DNA from: Podarcis bocagei
Lineage: Eukaryota
DNA: 64,000 nt
NCBI GenBank assembly: GCA_964188305.1
Contig: OZ076885.1
Direction: 5' to 3' (one strand)
Shown: positions 33,858-48,193 of the stretch, in pieces
Numbering within the stretch: the first letter of the stretch is position 1
How the letters are laid out: each line of letters starts with the position of its first letter
Made by a program: the position numbers and the translations under genes
The notes under the pieces: model-generated
The model's database searches: none
What the model saw: only the letters and a program-made list of their open reading frames with translations
What the model was told of the DNA's origin: nothing

Positions 33858-36800
33858 GAAGCCATTAGCCATACTCCCTTATTCAGACCAAAGGAGAGAT
33901 TATCTGGTTTGTTTCACCATTCAAGTGAAGGGAGAGGCAAAGGAGATGCATATCAACTGTATATATGCTGGCTTATTTGACCAGGATTTTATCATGCACA
34001 CGCAGCCACAGATGTCATAGAGTGGATGCTACCCTGTTTTAAACTATTAGAGGACACTCAGTCAATCAGGTACATCTCCCTTTTATGCCATTAACCTATG
34101 ACTAAAAGCTGCTTCTTAGATTAGAATGCCTAGGCATCCTGGGAAATTGTTGAATAAATCCCAAAAATAAATGGGTGGATATATGGTGTATACCAGTTTC
34201 CCTGAACCTGGTGCCCTCTCGCAGGGTGCCGTCTTGAACTATAACTCCCATCGGTGATGCTAGAAGTTGTTGGGGGAAGGCTGCTTTACAGTGTTGCATT
34301 TAGAATATTAAGGAAGCCACAGCCAATTCAAGCTGTCATACATGCATGTATGCAGTGGTGTACAGATGCAAATAGAAGCTTTTAACATGATGTCGTACAT
34401 GGTGTGTATGTGCACATGTACATTATCTAGTGCTAAAGCAGCTCTAATAATTTCTTTGTGTAATTAAAATATTGTTCCTTAAGGAAAAACTAGTGTACGC
34501 GATTATCTTAAGCTGTTGCTCAGTTCTTTACAGAAACATGCCAGACTGAGGATTTAAGAGTACAAATTTAGGAGTACAGGTGTCATTTCAATTTTCAGGG
34601 GTTTCACAAATATTTTGAGTTTTGTGGGGCATCTTAGTTCTGGCTAGCAGCAGAAAACCGTGAGAGCTCTTCATAATTCATAGTACAGACCTTGGACATG
34701 TAGTTTCTTCATCCATACTGTAGTAATTTCCTGGGATTTCCCAGTGATTTAAAGCCACAGTGTACAAACTTCCTCAGTGAAAGCATTTCTCATTATACTT
34801 CCCATAGGGATAAATCTGCTAGGTTAAGCCCACTTCAAGAAGGCGCCATGGCAGAAGAAAAGAGACACAGAGAGAATGAACGAATGCCTAGTGGCCCCTT
34901 TGCCAGCCTATTTTGTCTGCCCGTTACAAAGCCTGAAGGCCTATCAAGACTTTTTCTCTGTGTGGCAGCTGTCTGTTCATTTCATTTGTTTAGCAGCATC
35001 TTGAGGTTTTGATTGTCCTATATTTGCCCATGGTTCTTGAGCAGAAAAATTATTTTCTTATTATTTAAGTGGTAGTTGTGCTGCCTTCATTGTGACTTTG
35101 AAGAAAAATCATTAACTTTTTCATCCTCGTTTACGAACACTCAAGGTTTTTACTCGTGCTCCTTGTGCTAGAGAACACATTTTAGCAGCATTGGAAACTG
35201 TTGATTCATTTTCAGCTTTTGTGATTATGCATTCTGTTCTATTATCAGTACTAGGAGACTTTTAAAAGCCTCAATAAAAAAATGAGTATAATTAATCAGT
35301 GTATTTCCCAATGTGATTAGTAGTATATCAGAAGAACAGCCTGTCAGATAGACTTGGGTCTTGTACTCAAAAAGATGTATCAGATTTATTTTCAGATTTT
35401 TCTTTTAGTTTATTTTTCCCCAGCCCCCTCCCTTTCTTCCTTGGTTCCTTCCTTTCCTCCCTGTCAATTTGCCTGCCATATCCAGCATATTCGTATCCGT
35501 TGTTAAATGCCCCATCTGTAAAATAGCTATTTCGAGAAATGTCAGTTAATGTCTCCTTGCATATTAACATTCACTATGGAAAAGATAATATATTATCTTA
35601 ACCAGTATAGTGTTTGCCCTCTCACTTCCCTGGTCTACCCACTATAGACAGATCTGAAATGAATACGGAATCCTTCTTCAATCCTTAGATCTTTGCTTTT
35701 CCTGGGGGATGAAAATATTCTAGTGCCGCTTGTTCTGTGTTACCCATCTTCCTAGCCTAATTAAAGACCATCTGGAGGATGCATGCTTGTAAGGGTAAGG
35801 GCAGTGACAGCAACCTCCTGATCATTACACCTCTCCAGGTTCCCAGCTGTTAAATGAACAGTTGTAACATGCAGGCAAAATGGATAATAGGTGGATAGAA
35901 CTTGCTGCAGAATGTGAACAGTGTGTGGCATTGGTGGACAGTAGAGAAGAAATGGTATTTGTTTGTATTCAGTAGAATAGAGCTTCTTCCTCAAACATTT
36001 GGGATTGCAGGCTCATCTTCTCCAGTTTACTAATGATATACACACACAAGCTCATCAGGCATCCTACCTCTCCAAATTTGGGGGAACGGAGCTGCTGATT
36101 TATACCAAATAGCTTTTTATATATAGTGGGAAAGGGTGTTGGTACTCACCATGAAGTTATTACAGTAAGTGTTTCACTTTTAACTGAGGTGGGGTGGAGG
36201 TGCTGGTACTATGTGCCATGGAGTAGTCCTAGAAAAAAGTTATGCAAATTGTTAATAGCCATGTAACAAGTGGCAACCGGCCACAAAATGTTACAGTGTG
36301 CTGTGGTTTTACTCAGAGTTCCAGCCAATCCATTCCATTGCTCCTTCCACTGGCCTGGTTTTCCTCAGTTAGTATCCATCAGTTAATATTCTGTCCCCAC
36401 TGAGAGTGCTCTGCACTCAGTGGCTTGTTTTGTCACAAGGGTTCTCCATTTAGGGATGTTTTTAGGGGGTGAAGTAGATAGCTTTACACTACATTAAAAC
36501 CCTTGATTTCTCCATATGGGTGTCTCCCATTTCCATTCCTAAAGGCAGTTGGGTTTTGGTCCGTCCCCCCCAGCATCTGCAAACATCCCGGTTACCTCAA
36601 GTCTGCATGGGTGGTGCTGCTTTGCCTACACCTTCAGAAGCATAGGCAGATAAATTAGAGATGCAGGGAATAAAGATGATCTTTTCAACCTATTGAATTT
36701 GAATCATACTCTCCAAAGTTTGTCCTGCTGTACACAGTGCTTGTTCCTTGCTTAACATATGTTTGCAAATAAAGAGTCAATCTCTTAAATCTGCAAATAA

Positions 36801-39646
36801 TGATTAAATAGTTCATTGGAAGAATTTTCAACTGTAATTAAGGTAAACCCAGATTTACATCTGTGCCAGCCCAGATTTCAGAGTAATGACTGCATTTGTA
36901 TAGTCACATTTTTATCTATAAAATAAGGCCGAGTATTTGTCATGCTGTCTTTCTGCAGTGGTTCTCTTGATGCTCACTACATTGTGCTATATTCATTCCT
37001 TAATTACCTTTGCTACACCAGGTTCATGTCTTTATATACCTTATGATAAACAGTGATATAGTGCTTGAACACCAGAACTAAGAATGCTATGTTCAAAAGC
37101 TATATCTATATTTGATTATTATTTTTTAATGACTAAGAATTTGGGGATAATTAAAATTGCAGCACAAGCATCACCCCTAGTTTGTCCTTGATTGTTTATG
37201 AAATTTAGCTGTGATGCCATGCACAGAAAAGCCACTCACCCTAATTGTGGGATAATCCTAGGGTTGTTCCAAAGCCATGGCTAGATGACGCGGGTGTTTC
37301 AGAACAAAATATATTAGGATTGTAAGGATTGTGTAGCAAATGCATAAGATCTGCACGCAGTCTTCCTAATAGATGGAATCTATTTAGTTAGATGGGGTGG
37401 AAAAGGGATATGGATGGAAAGACTTTTCCTTGTGCAGTAGAGACAAAATATTTCACAAGATTCCACTCAGTTGGCACCTGTTTGAGGAAATAGCAGTTTA
37501 CACATGTGTTTCTGGGAATGTAATTTGTTTTACAGAAGCTGTATTACTGAGAATGAAATCCAAGAAGGAATAACAGATCCTTCTGCCAAATTGAATTTAT
37601 ATAACTGGCACTCAGAAGCTCTTTTTGTATGCTTCGGCATTAAGCAGGATTGAAAAGAGAAAACATAGATAGATTTAAGATTCTACCATATTCCCTCGAG
37701 AGATTTTGAAAAAGTATCTGCTATTGAGAGTTACAACTAATTTCTAGTTCCACACATCTTGCTGCATTAAATGTGACATTTTAAAAATAACAAAGTTGTC
37801 CCCAATCATGTTCAGCTGCTTCAAATCTTTCCTGAAGTTTGCCTCATTTAATCTTGTAACAATAGCAAGACTTTTGATTTTTCTATCTGTAGTCACATCT
37901 GCAGGGCCGTTATGGAATACAGAACTAAAGACTAGAGGAGGGGTAGCCAACATGATGCTATCCCAACCGAGTTGGACACCTGTTCCTATCAGCCCCAGCC
38001 AAGGATGGTGGGAGTTTTAGTCTATCAACATCTGCAGGGCATTATGATAGGTATCCCTAGGCTAGAATTACCGGTCAATTCCACCTAAAGCAGATTGCTA
38101 ATAAAATGTTGGGCTGCTGTGTCTGGGTTGTAGTGTTTAATCCTGCAAGTGAAACTGACATGATTGAATGCTGCTCCACTAAAAGGCATCATAATACATC
38201 GGAAGCTGTGCCGGAGAAAGCTAGACTAGCTCCTTTAGGTCTCGCTTTCTACATGGAGGGTTTTGTTTTGTCTTTTGTACGGAGAAAAATTCCATTAAAT
38301 CGTGAGATTTATCAACTCACTGGGAAAACAGACCTTAGATACATGCACGCATTTATATATCTTTTAGAAATCCTGCACTTATCTTTTAAAAAGCATGTGT
38401 TGTGGTCTCCAACCATGTATCCAGCTGTGTAGCAATAGTTATTTTTTTAAAAAATGCTTCCAGTACAGGTGTCGCCAGCATGATGCTCTCCAGATGTTGT
38501 GGACACCAGCCCCAGCCAGCATGGGCAGTGGTCAGGAATTCTGGGAGTTTTAGTCCAACAACATCTGGAGAGCGCCATGTTGGCTACCCCTGTTCTCGTT
38601 TTCCATTGTATTCTATGAGAAGTCAGAGCACAGAGCTATAGAACAAGACTGCCTGGCAATCGAGCAGTGAGGTAATGCTTGGGCTCCCCCCACGCACAGA
38701 GTATAGCTGGATTGCACTTTGTTCCTGTGGCTTTTAGCAGATCATTGATTAACAAGATTACTATTCTGTGGAGGTGACCTGCATAATTTTTAAATAATGC
38801 ACATTTTTGCTAATTGTAGGTTGCCAAGTTGATGGCTCAGGCAGCTTTACCTCCTCCTCCTTACTATCTCCATTTAAAACAGAACACATGTATTCTTTCT
38901 TTCCTTCCTATGTTTCTGCAGCTGATTACCATAAAGAAAGCTTGTGGAAATTTGCCCCTTTCCCATTGAAAATTGTACACACATGATTATATTTTCCAGT
39001 TTAATGTTGCTTTAAGAGGGAGAAACGCATCAGGCTTTGTCATCCCATTCTCTGATGTGAAAGGTCTTGCATACGGAGGAGGGTTGTAGGTGGAAAATAA
39101 TTGGCATAAAGTAATAACAGTTGTGTATTCGATGATCAACAGAAGTGCCTTCTGTAAATGGCAAGTTTATCGTAGCTGTCAAGAAGAAAGCAGCTGCTGG
39201 TTCTGCCCGAGGAATAAGAACCACTCTTTTGCGGCTCTGCGGTAGACTTTCGTGTTGGGAGCCTAGCTTTTCTCTAAAAAGCCTTGGCAAATGAAGTTCG
39301 CTCTGGCTGTGTAGCACCGCACCCCTGGCGTGTCATTTGCACCTGGCCAGGAAGATATAAGATGCATGGACATGGATGTAGAGGTCACATAAACATCTCT
39401 GTCGGGGGCATGGCTGTGGGGTTTGTGCCACGCCCCCTTTGGCCTCATTGGGCATTTTGGAGGCCCGATGTTCTGAGTTGTGGGGCCCTTAGCCTGGATA
39501 CCTCATGTGCCTTGAGTTGTAAGGCCCTGGCATGAGACAGGGTCAGGAAGGCATCCCTGTTCACTCGAAGGTAAGGCCTAGGCAATGGAGCTATGCCTGG
39601 TCATTACCCTTGCTGAGGACAGGACTTGGTGCATCCAAGGCAGTCA

Positions 39647-39990
39647 TAACAATAATAATTTATTATTTATACCCCACCCATCTGGCTGGGTTTCCCCAGC
39701 CACTCTGGGTGGCTCCCAATCAAATATTAAAAACACAATACAGCATTAAATATTAAATAAACAGGTCTGCCTTCAGGTGTCTTTTAAAAGTAGGATAGTT
39801 GCTTATTTCCTTGACATCTGATGGGAGGGTGTTCCACAGGGCAGGCGCCACTACCGAGAAGGCCCTCTGCCTGGTTCCCTGTAACCTCGCAGTGAGGGAA
39901 CTGCCAGAAGGCCCGCAGCGTTGGATCTCAGTGTCTGGACTGAACGATGGGGGTGGAGATGCTTCTTCAGGTATACAGGACCGAGGCCGT
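39647..39990 (-). mobile_element. L2 LINE 3' fragment
   Basis: AATAATAATTTATTATTTATACCCC tail complement and GGGAGGGTGTTCCACAG...GAGAAGGCCC. Confidence 0.7.
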
Positions 39991-42805
39991 CAATGGAAAT
40001 TAGCTGATTGCACTGTTTCATTTGCAGCGCAGAAGTTAAGTTAATAAATATGTGGCCTTAGTTTGACCTATTTTATGTATCTTGTCTCTCTATTCCAGTT
40101 GCAAACAAGTACTAGCCCTGCCTATCGTAATCTGTGTCAAAAGATTTAACAAGTCCATTCTGTTTCTAAGCAACCTTTCCTTAAAACGTTTCTTCTGTTC
40201 CCACCATCCCTTCCTCCTGCCCTTTGAACACTGAAAAAGAACTAAATCTCAGATAATTCACTTGGTGTGTGAGCTGATCCTTGTATTGTAAATTCTAAAT
40301 GGATTAAGAAATTAAAATTTATAATACTGTACAAAAGAAAATATGACATGATTTACTATTATATTCACAGTAACCACATCGTGCTCTAAAACACTTTGGA
40401 TTAGAATATGAACATTCCTATGGAGCAGGGGTGGGCAGTCTTTTTGGGCTAGATATTTATCTCTCTCTCACATATCCCACCATGGACTGAAGTTGGTAGC
40501 TGCTATCATAGTGATGTTGAGAGATTCTTCCTTTTGAAAGACACACACACACTCCATCGTTGATTGGACTTCAAAGCATACTGTGGGGCTTTCAAATAGC
40601 CCTTTTGTAAACATCCACCAATGGGGATGTTTACAAAGGGCTTTCTCTCTCTCTTTCTCTCTCTCACACACACCCTTGAGTTTCTCCTTTCTTTAAGTCT
40701 CTGCAGAGTTTTGAAGGAGAAATGTGGGAGGGATGTGTTGAAAGTATCGAGCAAGGCATGCTCCTACTGCCTGTTTGTTGATCCCAAATGCCCCCCTCCA
40801 CGTTTTTCCTTCAAAGCACAGAGATTTAAAGGAGTAGTGTGAGTGGGGTGTGTGTGTTGAAGGTGTTCTCATAGTACCCATCACCTGGGAATGCATCTTG
40901 CTTGATCAAAGGAACAACCAAGAGCTTTAATCTCACCTTAGCATCTGTCTGAGCAGCCCCATACTGATCTTGATTCAAGCTCTGTTTCAAAAACCACAGT
41001 CATTTAAATAATGTGTGAGATTTTGTAGATGCTAGAATTGTTATTGTCGTCATCAGCACCATTATTAAAATTTCCTACCCGCTCTTCACCATAAGGTCTA
41101 AACATGGGTTACATCAAGAACACCATACAATTTTTTAAAACTAACAACCATACAAAACAAGTTAATTAGGTATACTTCTCTTTAAGGAAGAATTTGCATT
41201 AAAAAAAAAAAAAACTCCAACCTGATTGAGTTTAATGAAATCAGAAAAATTAAGCCAAGCTGTTTAATTCTTTTTTTCTGGCTTGGGTTTGAAGACAGGG
41301 TTTGTAATTTACAGATAAGCCCAGGAACTGGCTGTGTGTACTATAGTGGGGAAGTGAGCAAGGGAAAGAGATCTGAGCTCCAAGGAAAGCTAAGTGGAAG
41401 CATGTTCAAGGAAGGGGTCTGAAGACTGCTGAAATCTTGGGATCAAAAACTGATTGGAGTTGTAGTCCAAAAAGGAGGACAATTTTTTAAGACCAAAGGG
41501 AAGACCAAATCATCATTTCCTCCTTTACTGGATGTGTGATCTTCAACAGCAATAGAGAGGGATTTTTGAGTGGTGGACCGTCAACTACAAAACACCCCCT
41601 CCCCCCGCAAAGAGGCTTGCCTGGCAGGGCACCAGTGTTGCCATGCGGGAGGGACCATTTTGGAAGCAAATAATTTTAATGGGTTTCTTTCTGGGTGGGG
41701 CACTTTCTGGATTTTATTTATTGTCCTATTGCCCTGTTAAGATCACTGATCATACACCATCATGAAAACCCCAAAAGAATGAAGTGTGGTATTGAAATCT
41801 TGAAATAAATTTTAATTAAATAAAACTTCTTACAATATATTTACTCTTCGTTAGAAGATGTAATAGCTAGTGTGTTTTGTGTTCTTAAACTGATAATTCA
41901 AATATATGTGAAGATGCTTGGATTTTACAGGGCTCAAGGCAGGAAGATTCTTCCTAGTCTCCTGTAACCTTTGAATGAGCATCTGTGCGTGGCTTTTAAC
42001 CAACAAACAGGGAATAGTGTGTTGCTGTTGCATGTGATGGAACTGAGGGATGCAAAACACAAACTTGTGCTTTCTGATCCCAGTGGAGACAAAGGGTACA
42101 TTTACTTCTCAACTAGAAACCAGACTTTGAGGTTGCTGATTTACACAGTTGAGAAGTCTCATTCATGCAATATGTTTCAAGGGTTATTCTATACAGAGCA
42201 CTTCACAATCCATCTTTGAATGAGTTCTAGAGAAAAGGAAAGCAGGTCAAGGGGTTTTTTTATGAAATAAATTTCTTCGAAACAAAGCACCTAGTTTTCC
42301 ACATTGCTTCAAGTCCTAGGATATGGGGGGAAACCAAGAGACTTTGTGGCTCACTCTAGAGAAGAATTTTTAAATGCCACCATGTATGTAATGAGCAGCG
42401 TGATTCCACCATTAAGCTTTTGTGAACTGGGGATGATGAGAGGGATTCTTTTTTCTTCAAAGCACTTGCATAGGCGGAGTTAAATTTGGGAGAGGATCAG
42501 TAATTATTTTGTGTGGCTCAGATGTGTGGGGCCCAAAACATAGCATAACCAGTCTTCTTGGTGAAATAAGAGCTTAGATTTTAACTAGTTCCAATGGTGG
42601 GAGTACTGATGGGGTACTGCAGCATTTTTTGCTGATCTGGCCACTGCTACAGCCCCTTTGCCCCTTGAAATTCTGCTCCGTAGGATCAGGGGAGTCTTGG
42701 AGCAGCAGGAGATATTGTATTGTGTAGTGGTGGTGGGTAATGAGATAGATAGGTCTCTGCATTATGTGAAGACTCAGTTTTGGTTGGCTTATGTTTCCTT
42801 ACTAG

Positions 42806-42955
42806 GATAAGAAAGCTTATTTGGATGTCATTCATACCTATACAGAAGTTCATGGAACTGTCCACGGGACAAGTACTGTCTACATGCCCAGCTATGTTAA
42901 AAACCATGGCATCCTCAGTGGCCGGGATTTGCAGTTCCTGCTGAGAGGGACAAAG
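42806..42955 (+). CDS. MGAT5: MGAT5 coding exon 11 (DKKAYLDVIHTY...LLRGTK)
   Basis: ctag|GAT...AAG|gtaagt, 150 bp. Confidence 0.97.
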
Positions 42956-45426
42956 GTAAGTTGGCTGGTATGCAAAAAAGAAGAAGAAGCAAAACCCCAA
43001 AAGATTAAAATACATGTGCATTCAAATGCATTTACTCCCCCCCCCATGAAGCGCTTGACACATTATGCTCATTGTATCATAACAGCTCTAAACATTTGCC
43101 AATGTCCAGTGTTCCAAAGATTCCACTGGTTTCAGTTTTTTATTGGGATGGTGCTTCATATGTGTGTTAAGTTTGTTTAGAAAAATGAAAAGCTTTCACT
43201 GTTAAATGTCCGCCCCTCCACCCTCTAGAAGTTTTGCATGCATGAGAACCAAGTTTGATGATTTCAGAAACACTCCTCCCACATAAACTCACTTCATAAT
43301 TTGGCTCAGCAAACTTGAGGCAAAATCCCTCTCACACAAATACACACAAATAGCTGTTTATTCTATTATGTTGTGTTTCTGTTAGGCTACTTTTTATTTA
43401 CCTATCAGCCTGAAAAGGTTCCCAAGGCAGCTCACAAAGAACAAATAAATGTGAATACAAAATAATTCAAATGCAGACAGTACAAGTGACAAAAATTCAA
43501 CAAAAAACTTAATATTTCAAAAGTATTAAACACCAAATACATCCGTGTTCCTGCCAAAAAAAGCAAAGAACATTTCCACAAAAATACTGAAAATATTCTT
43601 TCAAAAAGGCCAAAAGGATTTGCTTGCATGGGATCTTTTTGAAAGAAGATTTTCATTTAAAGTGAAGCAAAACATCACTCAGTAAAATAATTTCCTTTCT
43701 TATTGAAATGGTGGTATGTGCTGCTTATAATTTTGATCCAGTTGGTGAAGTTTGTAGCGCCGTTACTTCCAAGTTACACTTCACAGATGGTAGCAGCTAT
43801 TTAATATGAGTGGAGGACAGTTGGTGCTGTATTTATTATTAAGTGGTAACAGAAGCCCCTGTGCTGTCAAGACATGTGAGCTACACACTCTCCCCTAAGG
43901 AGCTTTTGTTAAATAAGTTGACAGCATATAGAACAGAAAAGATGTTCCAACAGCGTCGAGGTAAAAAGTGAAGAATGCTTATCTACCCATCCAGTATCAT
44001 TTTCTGTAACTAATTAAAACTCAGCCACTGCTGAATTGTTGGTGACATTTTAAAGTCCTTTAATTAATGGTTCGGCCATGTTTCTGCTGCTGCTAATTAA
44101 AAGATATAATTTAATTGCTTATCAGACTTGTCTACCTTTTTTGTTTGCTGCATGGGAATGCAGAAATAGATCAGGTTGTTCTCTGTAGATGTTGAGCCCA
44201 TTAAATCTGCTTTTTAAAAAAAGAGTGGGAACTCATAATGCAGGAGGTTTTCTTTTCCTGTATTTCACTGTCAGCTTCTCCACAAAAGGCACTCTGTAAT
44301 AAGGGTTATAACATTTTGAAGCCAGATGGCACTTTGCCCTATTTTTCTTTTGAAGAGGTATATTGAAGAGGTATATTCATAATCTATACTAAAAATTTGT
44401 TGCTTTAATATCCAGTATTGTTCATCTCAAAAGAGCCTGAATCCTGCCCACTTAAGACTTACAAGTTAATAATTCTCAGCAGCAGCCTTTGCCAGGAGCT
44501 TTTGGGGATTAAAACTTGCCCCTCTCCAATGGCAAGGATCATTGCAGGATGTCCAGATCAAGATTTGTGCATGGAAGCTCATGTTCCGACAAAGGTGCCT
44601 TCAAATGATTACCTTTCCCCCCTGTCATATGGGGTTCCAGAGTCATCTGGAGACTAAGATGTGACAATTTGCTGAAAGTGTGATGGCTGGAAAGACCCAT
44701 TCATGTGGTCATGCTAGGTGAGGACTTCCTTTTTTTAGAAGAAAGGAGGAAGGAGTAAGATAGATTGGTCTTAACCAGCAGGAAAGAGAAAGTCAGGACA
44801 TTTAAGTAGCAGAAACTTTGGGAGAAAGTGGCCAAATAATTCTCAAATTCATCAAAAGTGAATGAGTTGAATTTCAGGGGAGAAACCCTGATTTTAATAA
44901 GCTGAGAGAAATACTAGATAGGGAAATTCCTCAGGTGGTCAAGAGTTCCTGAAGACAGGAGGCACAGCTAAAAGAGAGATTGAGAGAGTAGTATACAAAA
45001 GGCAATGTGAAAGTATAGCGAGGAGCTAAAAATAAAAAGGTCATTTATAAAGGGAAGACAGGTAATCAAGGACAAGTGCAGACAAGGAATCCAGACTTGT
45101 AGGGACAGTGTCAGGAAAGCTAAAACTCAGAATGAGCTGAAGCTGGCTAGAGATGCAGAGAGCAACAGAAAGGGTTTTTCAGGTACGTACAATGGATTTC
45201 TCAGTAAGAATGGTGAAATGCTAAAGGGTGACACAGAGAAGGCAGCACTGCATTACTTTGGTCTTGCCTTCATCTCTCAAAAAATGAAGTGTGCAACCTT
45301 GCATAATTAGCATAATTAATGAAGGTCAGGATTGCAGTTCAGATAGATAAGGAATTAGTCAATAGAAACAAAGATGCCGAGTTCAAGTATTGAGGGCCAG
45401 ACAAATTGCACCCTAAAGTACTAAAG

Positions 45427-45681
45427 CAGGGGTCAGCAAACTCTTTCAGCAGGGAACTGGTCCACTGTCCCTCAGGCCTTGTGCGGGGCCGGACTATATT
45501 TTGAAAAGGGGGGGGGGAATGAACGAATTCCTATGCCCCACAAATAACCCAGAGATGCATTTTAAATAAAAGGACACATTCTACTCATGTAAAAACATGC
45601 TGATTCCCGGACATCTGTGGGCAGGATTGAGAAGGTGATTGGGCCGGATCTGGCCCCCAGGTCTTAGTTTGCCTACCCATG
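45427..45681. mobile_element. hAT-Charlie MITE resembling the OC1/OposCharlie family
   Basis: CAGGGGTCAGCAAAC...GTTTGCCTACCCATG; perfect 8-bp TSD TACTAAAG at 45419-45426 and 45682-45689. Confidence 0.85.
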
Positions 45682-46894
45682 TACTAAAGGAACTCACTGG
45701 TGTACTCTGATAACATTTGTCTATAATATTTGAGAAATCCTGGAGAACAAGTGAGAAGAGGAAGGACTGCCCAATTTTCAAAAGCTTAGGGAAAGGTGAA
45801 TCAAGGAAACTACATAACAGTCCAGTTTCATTACCAGGGAAGATACTTAAATATATGATAAAGGAGTCAGATTGAAAGCATCTTGATGATAATGCAGTAT
45901 TAGTAGAAACATGTATAAATTTGTAATTAATAATCCTGCCAGAATAAATTTATCATCTTTGTTGAGTTACAGGTTTGGTGGGTTGTGGGATGCTCATGGT
46001 ATGTCTATATTTCAGCAGAGACTTTGACAAAGCCCCCCCCCCCCCATTGTACCTTGGTTAGCAAACTGTTTAAATGCAGGCTAAATGACATTGCTGTCAG
46101 GTGGATTCACAGCTGGTGTGAAATTGTACTCATTAGTGGTTCCTCATCAGACTGGAACGAGGTTTTAAGTGAGGTGCTGCAGGGCTGTGGCTTCAACTTT
46201 TTATAAATATAAAAGGGTGGAATGAGTCATCACATTTGCAAATAACACAAAACTAGGAGAGAGAACCTCTCAGAAGATTAAAATAAAATTCAAGTTGACC
46301 TTGACAGGATGGGAAACTGGGCTGAAGCTGACCAAACGAAGTTCGGTAAAGACTAAGGCAAAATTCTTCAGTGTGAGAGAAATCAAATGCACAGGTATAG
46401 GACAGATGATCCGGACTTGGCAGTAGTTCTTGCAAACAGGACCTCAGGATTGTAGCCAGCCACATGCTGAAATGAGTCAGCAACATGAAGCAGCGGCAAA
46501 GAAGAAAAATTTGGCTTTAGACTGCATCAATAGAGTCATAGTTTCCAGGACATGGAAAGTAAAGTAATTAAGTTCCATTTTATTCACTAATCAGACCCCA
46601 ATGGAGTACAGTGTCCCATTTATGAGTGCTACACTTTAATAAAGATACAAACAGAGTGGAGTGGGTTAGACGAGAACAATGATTATGGTGAGCAGTATAA
46701 AAAAACAAGTTTTATGAGGTAAGGTCAAGTCAGGGATTGGAGTCTGCGCCTCTTCAGGTGTTTTTGGACTGCAGCTGCCATCATCTCTGATGACTGGCCA
46801 TGCTGGCTAGGGCTGATGGTCATGGGAGTTCAACAATACCTGGAGGGCTACAGGTTAGCCTTCTTTGGGTTAAAAGAAAGGAGAATGTTTAGTC

Positions 46895-47024
46895 CAGAGT
46901 TTCCCAAACTTGGGTCTCTAGCTATTTTTGGACTACAATTCGCATCATCTCTGACCACTGCTAGCTAGGGATGATGGGAGTGGTTGTCCAAAAACAGCTG
47001 GAGACCCAGGTTTGGGGAACCCTG
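46895..47024. mobile_element. Palindromic hAT MITE
   Basis: CAGAGTTTCCCAAAC...GTTTGGGGAACCCTG; TSD GTTTAGTC/GTTTAGCC. Confidence 0.8.
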
Positions 47025-48193
47025 GTTTAGCCAAAGGAGAGAAGACCAAGGGGGCAGGATAGCACTCATATAGATGTCTAAGGAGTAGCCATGTAGCTCT
47101 TGGTTTCCTGCATCAGGCTGGGGTTAGACAAAATGGTCTATAAGACCAGGTACTTCTACGCAACTTTCTTTCAGGTGACTTTTTGCAGACCACTCACACT
47201 CCCTTCTTTCATCTCTTATGCTAAACAGCCTTTCCACACAGCTTTCCAAGTAGTTTGAGCTGGACTCGCTGTTGTAGACTAAGTACACATTCCTGCAAAC
47301 TTTGCTGCCACCTGCCGTTGGTCTTTGGAAGTCTAGTGCTGTTTGAAGAATATGCTTATTCAAGAATGCCACCCTGCTCAGCTACTCTATGCAAGACATT
47401 TTAAGCCATTTGTGTAGTAATCATTGTGTGCCACAAGTTCAAGCAAAGTATTTGCTAATTCCCCAAAGACATATGCCAGGATCTCATGGTGGTTCTGTTA
47501 CTCTGTGATGGGCCTAGAATGTCTTGAGGTCTGTGAATTGTGGTTGTGGATGAAGTGGACTTCAGTCAAAGCTTAGGACTTGGTGATATGTGTTACTAAG
47601 AAAGTGGGTGAAAATACATTCTCCCAATAATGGAAAGACAGTGTGCCTTGCTCCACCTTTTTTTCACTGCACTTTTGGCTGTAAAGAAATCTAAAAATAT
47701 GATGTTCCCTTCTTCCTTTCCCTCCCTTGCCCACTACAAAAATATTGGAAATAGAGTGCTTTATAAAACTTGTTTTTAATTTAGAGAAGGTTTTATTTTA
47801 GGAAAAGGGTTTCATCATTTTCACTTTCGCCCGTTATAGAAAGGTTATCAGGTTTGCAGTATATTTTCATGGCTCTTTCAGGAGAGTGGCATGTTGCAAA
47901 AGCAAGCACCTTTTGCAGTCATCAGATATAGGGCAGGAAGCTGCCTTACTTTGTGAGTTAGATGTCCAGGCTGACCCTCCTGTTATGTCACAGGCAGCCT
48001 CCCCAAACCACCTGTACTTGTGTCAATAATAAATACAAAAGAATCGATCCATGCAACATTGCATAAAAGAATACAAGTAAGCTAACGTAATTTTACAGTT
48101 TAAAACTAATCAGGAAAGTGAATAATGTCTAACATTAAATGTAGCAGAGAAAATGAATTAAAAACTAATGTTATGAGTGTTTCTATTTTACAG

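Larger units (their letters stand above)
44630..47090 (+). mobile_element. Old degenerate CR1 LINE (ORF2 remnant) interrupted by three MITEs
   Basis: Decayed CR1 RT motifs (GPDKLHPKVLKEL, DF..AFDK-like, VRWIHSW, RP.LEY-like); boundaries approximate. Confidence 0.7.

Noticed and set aside
33554-33865. 103-aa minus-strand ORF over the 5' LTR
   Set aside because: It is the LTR-encoded Pol tail repeated, with a chance ATG from the host flank, and lies upstream of the predicted element TSS.
44351-44377. Short tandem duplications (13 bp here; also ~20217, ~24008, ~55250, ~61703)
   Set aside because: Ordinary slippage duplications; no CRISPR-like or other array structure.
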